DNA of 60,687 bases, from positions 86,605,514-86,666,200 of the forward strand of contig NC_057718.1 in the NCBI RefSeq assembly GCF_004010195.1. Reading direction: 5' to 3'. The DNA is from Chiloscyllium plagiosum. Its lineage: Eukaryota. The translations under genes were made by a program, and so were the position numbers. Shown here piece by piece: positions 1 through 12,172 of the stretch (positions are counted from its first letter, which is position 1; every line of letters begins with the position of its first letter). A model generated the notes under the pieces. The model searched no databases. It worked only from the letters and a program-made list of their open reading frames with translations, and was not told the DNA's origin.

Positions 1-467
1 CAAGCAAACCACGTCCACATAGTCTATGCACCATGATATATTTCAGGCACAAATATAGACATTTTTGTTTTTATTGCCCATCTGTGCTTACCTGAAATTT
101 CTGTCTAATACATGCATCATAAGGAGGGGCATCATTAGGCTCACCATTATTTTTAACCGTAATTTTTGGCCTAATATTTTGAGATGACAGATAGTAATTA
201 AGTGCACGTTAAAAAGGGGAAATTAACTGGGCTATTGCCTAGTCACATGGTTCAGTGACACAAAGAAGGCAGAAATATCATGAGTTGGTCAGTCAGTCTG
301 TGTGTCGGCATGTGAAACAGTAGAAGCTGAAGTGTTAGACTCTCATGTCAGAATTCCTGGGAAAACTGCTGGAAATTGAGTTCAGGGAACTTGTCTGTTG
401 GCTCTGAAGTTAAAGTGGTAATGAGAATAGGTGTCTCAGGGAGAAATATTAGATGTAATAACAAATT

Positions 468-812
468 ACCTAGTGAATAGGATAAATAGATAAAGTCTTT
501 TCCCTGGGGTGGGGGAGTCCAGAACTAGAGGGCATAGGTTTAGGGGGAGAAAAAGATATAAAGGAGACCTAATGGCAGCTTTTTCACGCTGAGGGTGATA
601 CGTGTATGGAATGAGCTGCCAGAGAAAGTTGTGAAGGCTGGTACAATTGCAACATTTAAAAGGCATTTGGATGGGTATATGAATAGGAAGGGTTGGAGGG
701 ATATGGGCCAGGTGCTGGCAGGTGGGACTAGATTGGGTTGGGATATCTGGTCGGCATGGACGGATTGGACCAAAGGGTCTGTTTCCGTGCTGTATATCTC
801 TTTGACTCTATG
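468..812 (+). mobile_element. CR1 LINE 3' fragment
   Basis: ORF 595-813 RVWNELPEKVVKAGTIATFKRHLDGYMNRKG is the typical CR1 ORF2 C-terminus; followed by the 3'UTR ending TGACTCTATGA; same family as 18758-20172 and 44838-45380. Confidence 0.85.
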
Positions 813-1189
813 AATGCCCAGAAAGTTACCAAAAGGAAACCGATTGCTGTTGCATTGGCTAAGAAAGGAGTGTCAGTGGAGGAGTGTGGAGATCATGGAA
901 ACTCTTCTCTGAAGGTTAGTTAAGGATATTGCAAAGTACAAAAAAATGTAGTGAGATCTTAATCCTGCTCTTTTGTATGTAATAAAATCTTTCCAGCGAT
1001 TACGTCTGGTATAACATAGTTCATGCTTTTCGTGTTCAATGTTTTATTCAATGCATTGAAGGTACAATAGTAGACTCTTGTGAATGAGCTAACAGGCTTA
1101 TGGCTAGATAAAAACAAGGTATGAGTCTAACAAGTCGTGTTTAGTCTGGGACCTGGCTTGCCCAGAATTAACATCAGCTGGTATCATAA

Positions 1190-1900
1190 TGACATGGGGT
1201 CACCTTCCAGCATCAAACATTCTTGAATTTAAGGGATCTGTGAATTCTCAAAGGTACAGCTATGTGGAAGTGCTGGGTATATGAATAGATGTTGCATTGA
1301 ATTATATTACATGGGTTGGGATTATAAATGCCTTTGACTCTTCCCAAAACTTTTCTGAGTAGATGATATTTTGAAATATTTGACTATTGTTAACCATAGC
1401 AAGTTAGCAGACAAATTATGGGTAGATATAAAAGCAGGATTTCATAATGAAGATATGATTAAAGTGATTGCCCAGTCCTTACAAGTAAAGAGAGAGAAAC
1501 CCGAAAGTGATAGAATTAGCTAAGATTCAGTTACAAATGAAAGAACCTGAATTGGAGGTAAAGAAAGAAAATTTAAAAATCTTGAATTCAAGGAAAAGAG
1601 AAGAACAGAGAAGTGAAAAGCGAAGAGACAAATGAGGGAAAATGAAAAAGAAATGGAAATAAGAAAGCTCGAATTAACAAAAAAAAAAGAAGAAAGACAA
1701 GAATGGAGCAATGGAAAGGGAAACGCCATCAAAAATGTGAACTCCAGCGAGGGAGTTTTTGGGTAACATAAAGTAGCTGGAGAAAAGTTTAGAGTAGCAA
1801 AAGAAAGAAAACTTTGGACACAATTCCCCTAATGTTTGAATGGTATGAGCAATGGTGAAAATTTGGGAGGATACAATAAACTTGCATCTCGATATCAAGA
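1190..1900 (+). mobile_element. Decayed Gypsy-like gag remnant downstream of an LTR-like sequence
   Basis: LTR-end-like ATCATAATGACA then a PBS-like TGGGG near 1190; E/K-rich coiled-coil-type coding 1500-1800 resembles the gag remnant at 58900-59200; heavily degraded. Confidence 0.35.
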
Positions 1901-2664
1901 TACGAAAAGTCTGATTTTCCTCTTAAAGTTTCAATGTATAGATTATAATCATCAGTAAATAGAAAGAACGTTATTTCCACACATTTGCATCACATTACTA
2001 GGTAATCTCATCTCATTTCTGTGTAGTGTATAATTCCTCCAGGCACTGATGAGAAACCATATGGCAGGAATTTCCAACTTGAAGGTTAGAACAGTTACAT
2101 GCAGCTCATTGCTTGCTTCTATGTTAACCTCTATTCACTAACATTTTATGACACACTGACTGGTCAGTGACTGCTTCCAATCTTCATCCACAGAAGTTGG
2201 TTTCAACAGAACTCCAGACTCACCACATCATCATGGCTCACCTTGGACGAACTCAGAAGACACGTAGCACTTCAATACAATGCTATGGAGCAGTCTGAGA
2301 CCTTACATTGCAATGCTCCTGCCAGGTCTCCCTGTGTGCAGGAACACATCAATCTCATGTATCTTCATAGGATGATCTAAGTGCTCTTAGCTTGCTTTCT
2401 TTGCCCTCACTCAATTGTATTTACTTGGATGCTCGTGGCTTGCCTTGCCTTTTAGCGTACTGCCGCTTCATTCAAAACTCGCAGGCTTACACCATTTCTA
2501 CCTTACTAGAACAAATAGCCAAGCAGCGTGTAATGATTTCCAGCACAGAATAGTCATGGGTATAAACATTTTGCTGCACAGCACTGTGCCACATCAATGC
2601 ATGCCATTTGTGTTAGTATCTTGTATATCAAACACACTGCATAACGTTCAACCAAATGGCCATG

Positions 2665-5380
2665 CCTAAAATCTAATGGGGGGTAGTGAAGGGTGAGTAT
2701 TCTATCACACGCCTGGCTTGTGCCTTGTAGGTGGTGAACAGGATTCAGGGAGTCAGGAGATGAGTTACTCGCCACAGAAATCCTAAACTCTGACCTGCTT
2801 TTGCAGTCACTGTGTTTATATGTCGAGTCTTAAGTTTCTGGTCAAAGGTAACCCCCAGGATTATAATAGTGGGAGATTCTGTGATGGTAACACCAATGAA
2901 TGTCAAGGGAAAATGGGTAGATTGTCTCTTAGTGAGGATGGACGTTGCATAGCATTTGTATGGAATGAATGTTACTTGTCACTTATCAGCCCAAGCCTGG
3001 ACATTGACCAGGTCTTGTTGCATTTGAACATGGGCCATTTCAGTAGGAGTTGTGAATGGTGCTGAACATTGAGTGATCATTGGCAAACATCCCCACCCCT
3101 GACCTCAATGTGTCGGGAACATCACTGAAGCAACTGAAGATGATTGGGCCTCAGAGACTACGCTGAGGAACTCCTGCAGAGATGTTCTGGACATGGCATG
3201 ACTGACATCCAACAATCACAACAATCTTCCTATATGCCAGGTATGACTCCAAACAACAAAGAGTTTTCCCCCTAATACCTATTGATTCCAGTTTTGCTAT
3301 GGCACCTTGATGCCACACTTGGTCAAAAGCAGCCTTGATGTTAATGGCTCTCACCTCACCTCACGTCTGCAATTCAGCTTTTTTGTCCAAGTTTGAACAA
3401 AGGTTGTAAAGAGATCAGGAGCTGAGCAGCCCTGGCGGTACCCAAACTGGGTATCACTAAGCAGGTTATTGCTGAACTGATGCTGCTTGATAGCACTGTT
3501 GATGGCACCTTCCCACATTTTACTGATGAGTGAGGTTAGACTAATGGGGCAGTAATTGGCAGGGTTATATTTGTCCCACCTGCGCTGCTGCTAACACACA
3601 TACCTGGGCAACTTTCCACATTGTCAGGTAGATACCAGTGTTGTAGCCGAACTAAAACAGCTTGACTAGGGGTATGGCAAGTTCTGGAGCACAAGTCTTT
3701 GGGACTATTACTGGAATACTGTTAGAGTCTATAGCTTTTGCAGTAACCAGTACTTCCAATCATTTTTTGTGGAGTGAATGGAGTTGGCTGAAGATCAGTT
3801 TCTGTAACACTGGGGACCACTGGAGGAGACCAAGATGGATCATCCACTTGGCACTTCTTCTGAAGATTGAGGATGAGGGTATTTGTGCAGACTTGTCTTC
3901 CAGATAAGTTGCTTAATTGTCTGTCACTATTCACTACTTGATGTGGCGAGACTGCAGAAGTTATATCTAATTTTTTTATTCTGCAATCACTTAGCTTTAT
4001 CTATTACTTGATGTTTATGCCATTTGGCACACAAGTAATCCTGTTTGGTAGCACAACCAGGTCGTCATCTCATTTTTAGGTGTTTCTGGTACTGCTCCTG
4101 GCATGCCTTTCTGCATTCATCATTGAACCAGGGCTGATCCCCTGACTTGGTAGCAATAGTTGAGGGAGGAATATGCCATGTCATGAGATTGCAGATTACG
4201 GTGGAGTAGAATTCTGCTGCTGTTGATGGTCCATGGTGTCTCATGGTGTCCCTGTCTTTATTGCTAGATCTGTTCAAAGTCTTTCTAGGTTAACACAGTG
4301 AAAGTGCCACACAACACGATGGATGGTATTCTCAATATGAAGGTGCTATTTTGTCTCCACAAGGACTGTGCTTTTGTAACTTTTACTGAAACTGTCATGG
4401 ACAGATGCATTTGCAGCAGCCAAATTAGTGAAGATGAGACCAGTATGTTTTTTCCTTTTGTTGATTCCCTCATCAGCTGCTGCACACTAAGTCTAGCAGC
4501 TATGTCCTGTAGGGCTCAACCAGCTCAATCAGTAGTGCTGCAACTGAGCCATTCATCGTGGTGGACATTGAAACCCTCCATTCAGAGTACATTTTGCACC
4601 CTTGCCACCCTTAGTGTTATGCAACATGGAGGAGTACTGATTTATCAGCCGAAGGAGGACAGTACATGGTAACCGGCAGGAGGTTTCCTTGCCCATGTTT
4701 AACCTGAAGCCATGAGACATCATTGGATGCAGAGTCAGTGTTGTGGATTCCCAAGGCGACTCCCTACCGACTATATACCAATGTGCCACCAGTTCTGCGT
4801 GTCTGTCCTGCTGATGGCACAGGTCATATCCAGATATAACGGTGGTGGTGTCTGGGACATTGTCTAAGTATAAATTGTCAGGCTGTTGCTGGTAAGGCAG
4901 CTCTCCCAATTTTGGCATTGGCCTCCAGATGTTAGTCAGGAGAACTTTGCAGGGTAGACAGAATAGTTTTGCTGTTGTCATTTCCAGTGCCTAGGTCAAT
5001 GCCAGGTGGTCCATCCAGTTTTATTCTTTTGTTGAGATTTTGTCGTGATTGATACAACTGGGTGGCTTGCTTGGCCATTTCAAGGGCAGGGCAAAAGTGA
5101 GGACTGCAGATGTTAGAGATTAGAGTTGAGAGTGTGGTGCTGGAAAAGCACAGCAGGTCAGGCAGCATCCGAGGAGCAAGAAAATTTGACTTTTTGGGCA
5201 AAAGCTCTTCATCAGAGGGCAATTGTGAATCAACCACATTATTGTGAGTCTGGAGTCACATGTAAGCCAGACCAGGTGAGAATGGCAGATCTCCTTCCCT
5301 GAAGGGCATTAGTGAGCCAGATGGGTTTTTCTGACAATTGGCAATGGTTTCATTGTCATTATTAGGGACTTAGCTCCAGA
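2665..5380 (-). mobile_element. LINE remnant (CR1/L2 group): APE endonuclease plus RT, with SINE-like 5' leader
   Basis: Minus-strand fragments LTNIW..PKLGEL...NVPDTTTVISGYDLCHQQD (APE), KSGDQPWFNDECRKAC (linker), INIKAAFDQVWHQG..LESIGIRGKTL and AGVPQ (RT); many frameshifts. Confidence 0.8.
5089..5215 (-). mobile_element. Short PLE-derived element with degenerate hammerhead motif
   Basis: Minus strand begins CTGATGA-AGAGCTTTTGCCC-AAAA-AGTC; flanked by AGGGCA at 5083-5088 and 5216-5221; homologous to 41227, 46470, 49160 and 59221 copies. Confidence 0.75.
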
Positions 5381-7277
5381 CACCCTGTGACAGGATACAC
5401 ATATGCCACCCTAGTGGCTTTAGAACATCAGTGAATTATAAACACAAAAGGACTAGAAATTGAGTTTGAAAAATCTTTGTGTTTTCTCTGTAGTTAAAGT
5501 ATTCTTGAGTTAATTTGAAGTTTGTTCCAGGTATCTCAGGGAGAGATTCCAGCTGGAGATACAAAGCATTGATGGAATTGTACAGGAAACTGGCGTAGCT
5601 GCTAAATACCAGGTGTGAGGCCTTCAGGTCAGGAGACCAATTCAAATCTAAGGAACCCAAGTATGACCTCCGCAGAGACATTAAGACAACCAAGGACCAA
5701 TACTGATCCAAACTAAAGACCCAGACAGAAACCCGGCGATTATGGCAAGGACTGAATGACATCACAGGTTCTAGAAAGAGACAGTGCAAGATAGCAAGCA
5801 AAGACACATCCCTCCCAGATTGTCTCAATGCCTTCTATGCTTGCTTTGAGCAGAACTTCGATGGAGAGGTAACACCTATTCTGACATGTCCTGACGAACC
5901 TATCCCAACAGTCACTGCATCAGAGGTCAGATCAGTTTTCCTTCGTGTGAGCCCAAGGAAAGCGATGGAACCAGATGGAGTACCAGGCCGTGCACTGAGA
6001 GCATGCACACATCAATTAGCAGAGGTCTTCACAGATATCTTCAACCTCTCCCTGCAGTAGGCCACTGTCTCAGCCTGTTTCAAGAGGGCCAACATCATCC
6101 CTGTGCCTAAGAAGGCTCATGCAGCATGTCTCAATGACTACCGCCCAATGGCCCTAACTTCGGTTGTCATGCAGTGCTTTGAAAGGCTGATCATGGCATA
6201 AATCAACTCCAGCCTCCCCACTACTCTTGACCCACTCCAATTTGCCAATCGGACCAACAGATCCACGTCAGATGCCATACCACTTGCCTTTCACTTCTCC
6301 CTAGAACAACTTGACACCAAAACAGCTACATAAGAATCCTACTCATTGACTACAGTTCAGCCTTCAACACTATTATCCCCTTGAGACTTATTACTAAACT
6401 TAATGATCTTGGACTAAGCCCCACTCTCTGCAACTGGATCCTCCGTTTCCTGACCCACAGGCCACAATCAGTGAAGACTGGGGACAATATTTCATCCTCA
6501 CAAACACTCAACACTGGACCCCCTTCCAGGATACATACTCAGCCCCCTACTGTACTCGTTAAATGCCCATGACTGCGTCGCCGGATACCAGACTAATGCC
6601 ATTTACAAGTTTGCTGATGACACCACCATAGTCAATCGAATCTCAGATGGTGACAAAACAGACTACAGACAGGAGATAGAAGACCTCGAACAGCCTATCT
6701 CTCAATGCTGGCAAAACCAAGGAACGCATTATTGACTTTTGGCTAGATGTTACTCATGCCCCCCTACGCATTAACTGCACAGAGGTGGAACGAGTGGAGA
6801 GTGTCAAGCTCCTGGGAGTGGTTATCCACAACAAACTTTCCTGGACTCTTCATGTGGATGCACTGGTTACAAAGGCCCAACAACGTCTGTTCTTTCTCGG
6901 GCAGCTCAGAAAATTTGACATGACGGCAAATATCCTTGCCAACTTTTATAGGTACGCCATCGAGAGCATTTTGTCTGGATGTATCATTACCTGGTATGGC
7001 AACTGTACCATTCAAGATTGGACATGGTTACAGGGAGTGGTGAACTCGACCCGGCCAATCTCAAAGGCCAACCTTCCATCTATAGAATCCATCTACCAGG
7101 CCAGCTGTCAAGGAAAGGCTGCCAGCATTCTCAAAGATCCATCCCACCCTGACAATGTTTTACAACAACCTTTACCACTGGGGAGAAGATACAGAAGCCT
7201 GAACACCCGCACTAACCGGTTTTGAAACAGTTTCTACCATAGCCAGTTTGGTTTGCTCGCTGAGCTGGAAGGTTCTT

Positions 7278-7319
7278 TCCAGACGTTTCATCACCCTACT
7301 AGGTAACATCTTCAGTGGA
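7278..7319 (-). ncRNA. Minimal type I hammerhead ribozyme motif
   Basis: Minus strand reads TCCA-CTGAAGA-T-GTTACCT-AGTA-GGGTGAT-GAAA-C-GTC-TGGA: stem I TCCA/TGGA, core CUGANGA and GAAA, stem II with wobbles, GUC cleavage triplet. Confidence 0.75.
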
Positions 7320-8176
7320 CCTCCAGGCAAAATACTGCTGATAATTCCTGCTTTCTATTTATATGTTTGGTTTCTTTGGGTTAGTGATGTCATTTCCTGT
7401 GATGCTGTCATTTCCTGTTTTATTCAATCTCAGGGGGTAGTAGATGGGGTCTAACTCGATGTGTTTGTTGGTAGAGTCCCGGTTAGAATGCCATGCTTCT
7501 AGGAATTCTTGTGCATGTCTCTGTTTGGCTTGTCCTAGGATGGATGTGTTGTCCCAGTCAAAGTGGTGTCTTTCCTTACTTGTATGTAAGGATACTAGTG
7601 AGAGAGGGTCATGTCGTTTTGTGGCTAGTTGATGTTCATGTATCGTAATGGCTAGTTTTCTGCCTGTTTGTCCAATGTAGTGTTTGTTACAGTTCTTGCA
7701 TGGTATTTTGTAAATGACATTAGTTTTGCTTGCAAAACTTGCAAAACAAGCAAAACTAATGTCATTTACAAAATACCATGCAAGAACTGTAATAAACACT
7801 ACATTGGACAAACAGGCAGAAAACTAGCCATCAGGATACATGAACATCAACTAGCCACAAAACAACGTGACCCTCTCTCACTAGCATCCTTACATACAGA
7901 TAAGGAAGGACATCATTTTGACTGGGACAACACATCCATCCTAGGACAAGCCAAATAGAGACACGCACGAGAATTCTTAGAAGCATGGCATTCCAACCGG
8001 AACTCTACCAATAGACACATCGAGTTAGACCCCATTTATTACCCCCTGAGAGAGAAAAAAAGGAAATGACATTACCACAGGAAATGACAGCACCACAGGA
8101 AATGACATCACCAACCCAAAGAAACCCAAACATATAAATAGAAAGCAGGAATTATTAGCAGTGCTTCACCCGGAGG

Positions 8177-8218
8177 CCCACTGAAGATGTTACCAAGAAG
8201 GGCGATGAAACATCCGGA
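8177..8218 (+). ncRNA. Minimal hammerhead ribozyme motif, decayed partner copy
   Basis: CCCA-CTGAAGA-TGTTACCAAGAAGGGCGAT-GAAA-CATC-CGGA; core boxes intact, stems mutated. Confidence 0.6.
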
Positions 8219-9949
8219 AAGAACCTTCCAGCTCAACGAGCAAACCTACATCCAGAGTTTCTACCCTACTCACAAATAGAATGGACTCACAAACTCTTAG
8301 CATTCGCCTGTACCAGTGTGTTTGTTTTTGCTGGTGTTTACCTATTATTTGCTTATCTATGCTATTTAACTATGTGATCTGCCTGTATTGCTCGCAAGAC
8401 AATGCTTTTCACTGTGCCTCGACACACGTGACAATAAATTAAATTCTAAGTTCTAATTCTAAATTCTAGCTGTGTCAGCTTGAGAAAGGCGCTTTATTGT
8501 GGAGATAGTAGTGAATCTTCCCTGAGGTTAGGGTGTTTGAAAGGATATTATTGGTGAAAAATCCTTTTCTGCAGCTTGTAATAAAATCTTTCCAACATGT
8601 TTGTCTAATGTATTAGTGTTTAAATTTTTCTTTTTAATAGACATTTCATTATTTGTGAAAAGAGTTCACTAGCAGATTCTTGTGAATGTATTCAGAGACA
8701 ATCTTGTACAGTTAGAAAGAACCATGTTAGGATCTAAAATCCCAAGTTCAGACTTGCCCAATACTAACCATGGGGATCATAACAGCCTGAACCTGTAAAG
8801 GTAAATAAGGCCTCAATTTAATCTCCCATAAAGTAATGATATTGTATTATGTGATGAAATACTCTGTTTGATTCCAATTTTGCACTAGGATAGCCATCAA
8901 TCTATGACTGATAATATTAAAGGAGTTGAGTGGCGACAAATGGAATGAATTTGGTTGATAATTAGGACAGTTTGGAGGGTCAGTGAAGAGGGGTTTTTAA
9001 AGAATACAGACAATGGGAGAAACAGCCAGAGAGAAATAAAGGTAGATTCTATGTTACCTAGTTGTTATGCCGCTGGCAGCTAGCTGAACTACACAAGTTC
9101 CACGTTAGGTACTCAGTGAGGCGTCAAGAGCAGCTGCATGGTTCTGTGCTGTTAGAACGCAGGAGGCAGGTCTAGGAATTATTAGACAGCTGTGTGTTGG
9201 AGTCAGGATGCAGTAGTAGTCCTGGGGAGCTGAGAAAGTGGGAAGATCACTGGCTCTGTGTTGAGGGATACCATGAGAGGCTCAGAAGAAGTCTGTAAGC
9301 ATTAATATTTTAGTGCAGATGGGAGAATAGGTGTTGAAAGTATAAAAGTAGTATTTGTTTGATGCACCTGAACAAGACTGGGGAAGCTCAATGAAAAATC
9401 CATGGGCAGGACAGACTCAGTCAGGCTCAGTGACGAACTGGAATCAAGCTTGTGAATGAGTACTGGAAAATAGTTTTGGAGTCCAGGGATATATAGTTCC
9501 GGAAAAGTGGGTAATTATCTAGAACGGCTGCAGTCAATAATGCAGTTTGTGACAAAATGATTCTTGAAAAGAAATTCCAAGGCAGAGTTGGCAAAAGTAA
9601 AGGATTACAATCCCTCTGCCTGCACCCCCCTCCCCATAGACCCACAGAGGGCTACAGCACAGAAAAAGGCCCCTTTGTCCATTCAGTTTGCGCCAGTCAA
9701 GTATTAGCACCTATAACCAACTTGTGAAGTCTAATGAGATTTGATGACCCAATATTTCATCAATATCTTTAAGTATTGCTGAGAAATCCATGAGATCCAG
9801 AATGAAAACTGAAAACACAAGAGAAACACAACTGTTCTGCCATTTCTGTGGAGAAAGCAAGAGAGTTAACGTTTTGAGCACAGATTGACTCTTTCTAAAC
9901 TTTTGCTGAGTTCCTGCAGCATTTTGCTTTTATTAATCCATATGATCAA

Positions 9950-10480
9950 TCTTGATTGCCTTTGCTTTATAATATGCACTGTGAAGTATTTAGTCGTAAC
10001 CAATAACAGGTATTTACCAGGTGTTAATTTTGGGTATTGGAAATAAGTTGTGCTTGTATTGTGGATAATATTATAATTTTAATGTTGTATTGTAAAGCTT
10101 GCTGTTATTTGTGGGATTCTAGGGGTTTATTCCTTTAGTAAGTCTTCTGGATCTCACACTTTGTCTCCTTTAAATATAAATGTGAACTGGTCCTGAGCCA
10201 AATTGTAATATAAATGTGGCAGAGTGGTCCAAAATCATAACATAACTTCGAGGCCACCCAATATTGTAGCATAATTTGGGGGCACATGCTGAAATCCAAA
10301 ATTAATTAGGAGGGTTAGAATTTGCTAAGGCTAAGACCGGTTAAGAGTTTCACAGTGAATGGTATGAAACTTACTGAATATCAAAATGGCTGTCAGTACT
10401 ACAACTTTTCTGGAAAGGGAAGATTTATCCCTGAATGGTTTGCAAAAATTAACTAAAGTTGATGAGCTTTCCAGAATTGT
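9950..10480 (+). mobile_element. LTR end, PBS-like site and gag N-terminus remnant (Gypsy-like)
   Basis: ATCATAACA LTR-end-like motif near 10240; AATTTGGGGGCACATGCTGAAAT near 10274 resembles a tRNA-Pro PBS (TGGGGGCTCGTCCGGGAT); ORF MAVSTTTFLEREDLSLNGLQKLTK at 10386. Confidence 0.4.
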
Positions 10481-12019
10481 AACAACTTCTCTTTTGATTA
10501 GATGCCAGATGAGGTGCATTTGTGTTGTTACTCCAGTGCAAATACTGACTTTAATTTTCAGTGTTTTTATTGCAGTGATCTCCATATATCACATGTTTCA
10601 ACCCAACAGTCGCTTAAAAGACTTATGAGGAGTTCTTACGTTCTGCAGAATCTACAGAAAAAAAATATTATGCAGCCCATTTTCTACTGAATATGGCCTG
10701 ACACAGGAAGGATCCATTGGTTTAACCAACACCAATTTTAATGGAATATTTATTAAAAATGTCTCAGTTAGTCAAAGTTGACTTACTGAGGAATCAACAT
10801 CCTTTTCTCATTTTGTATAAATTGTTGTGATTTTCTGAAAATTGGCATTCTTGCTTTTATCCTGACAAGTGCAAGATGAGAATCTTCAGCATCACATTTC
10901 TTTTATCAGTAATATTCACGTTCTCTAATACCAAGCAACTGTTAGAAATACTTTTCATTCTGCCATCCTGTAATGATTGTGACTGGTATTAACTACAACA
11001 GAAGCAGTTAACACTCAGGTCAGTAGCTATATTGCCAACTCTAACTTTATATCTGGTGGAGTTATTAATGGTATATCAGTGTGATCCCAAAGACAGAGTA
11101 GCGGCAGGGAGTGTATTTATGGAAAATAAAGAGCATGAAGACCACTAGCAACCTGTGTTCTGTGGAGGGAGGGTGGGATAACCATAGTGGAACATTCTTA
11201 CACCAATTAGCAGAGTAAGGTTAAGGCTGAAAGGTCACTATAGTGAGATGAGATAACACAAGTAATAAAGCAAGTTTCTCTGTTAAGTGTTATGACAGGG
11301 TTGGGACTGTAATTATTTGGGACATGACATTAAAATATCTAATTAATTGTTAGTAGAATCAGCTTGAGACAGGAGACTATTGTAATAGATGGAACAGCTG
11401 AATATCTATCATGATAGGTTAGTCTGCAATGAAAGATTACTGTAGCAGAAGTGATAATAAATATACAACCGTGACGTTAGAATAACATTAAGTAGAATGT
11501 ACAACTAAAGAGATAAGGGGAACTAGCATCACTAGTTTATTGTGTAGCTAGAGTGAGGTATTTTGATTAATATAGTTAGACATGCTGATAAGCTAACAGA
11601 AACATAATTAAAAAAAATAAAAATCCATGGACCCTGAGGTTTGTGGGCATTCGAGAATCAGCTTTTTCAGTGTCAAGGTTTTTGTTTGCAAATAAAAGAC
11701 CTACTTCTTGAAGAATTCTCTGCATCTCCTGGTGGTTCTCTATATTTTCTCCACAACATGCTCCACCAAATATTGCAGCAAAAGAATCTGTAAATTCCAC
11801 ATGTAAAATCAGAGACTATTATTGGGACCTCAGAGCAGGTTGCACTCAAGGTTGAAGCCTGGAGACTTGGATGAGGGAAGCACACTGCACGCTTTCATCC
11901 AAATTACAAACCAGTGTGAAAGCACAGGCTGATCCCAGGCAGTTTGTGCCATAGAAGGCTACAAACAAAGGGAAGGACAACTGCCACACATCAGCCCATT
12001 GACTCATTTGATCAAGATC

Positions 12020-12172
12020 TTAGAAAATTTTCTTCACTGTGCACTATACCACCAATTTTGGTGCCATCCACAAACTTAGCTGTGCCACCTGTATTCTCAT
12101 CCAATCATTTATATAAAAGACAAAGAAAAATGGACCCAGTACCGATCCCTGTGGAACACTGTTGGTCACAGG
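12020..12172 (-). mobile_element. CR1 RT fragment
   Basis: Minus strand SVPQGSVLGP and KFVDGTKIGGIV motifs. Confidence 0.65.

Larger units (their letters stand above)
7239..8255. mobile_element. Inverted dimer of a Penelope-like element 3' part (GIY-YIG endonuclease plus hammerhead-bearing pLTR)
   Basis: Both strands encode NVIYKIPCKNCNKHYIGQTGRKLA.RIHEH (GIY-YIG); arms about 7250-7732 and 7747-8246 are reverse complements; 10-bp duplication AGTTTCTACC at 7229-7238 and 8256-8265. Confidence 0.92.
5602..8466 (+). mobile_element. Rex1/Babar-like LINE, 5'-truncated, interrupted by a PLE palindrome
   Basis: RT motifs [32 protein letters not shown]-terminal KAQQRLFFL..LRKF and IESILSGCIITWYG; 3' tail AATAAA plus AATTCT-like repeats; TAGCTG direct repeat at 5596-5601 and 8467-8472. 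Confidence 0.8.

Noticed and set aside
8061..8114. Short direct repeats as a possible CRISPR-like array
   Set aside because: Contiguous 18-bp tandem units without spacers, inside a eukaryotic retroelement
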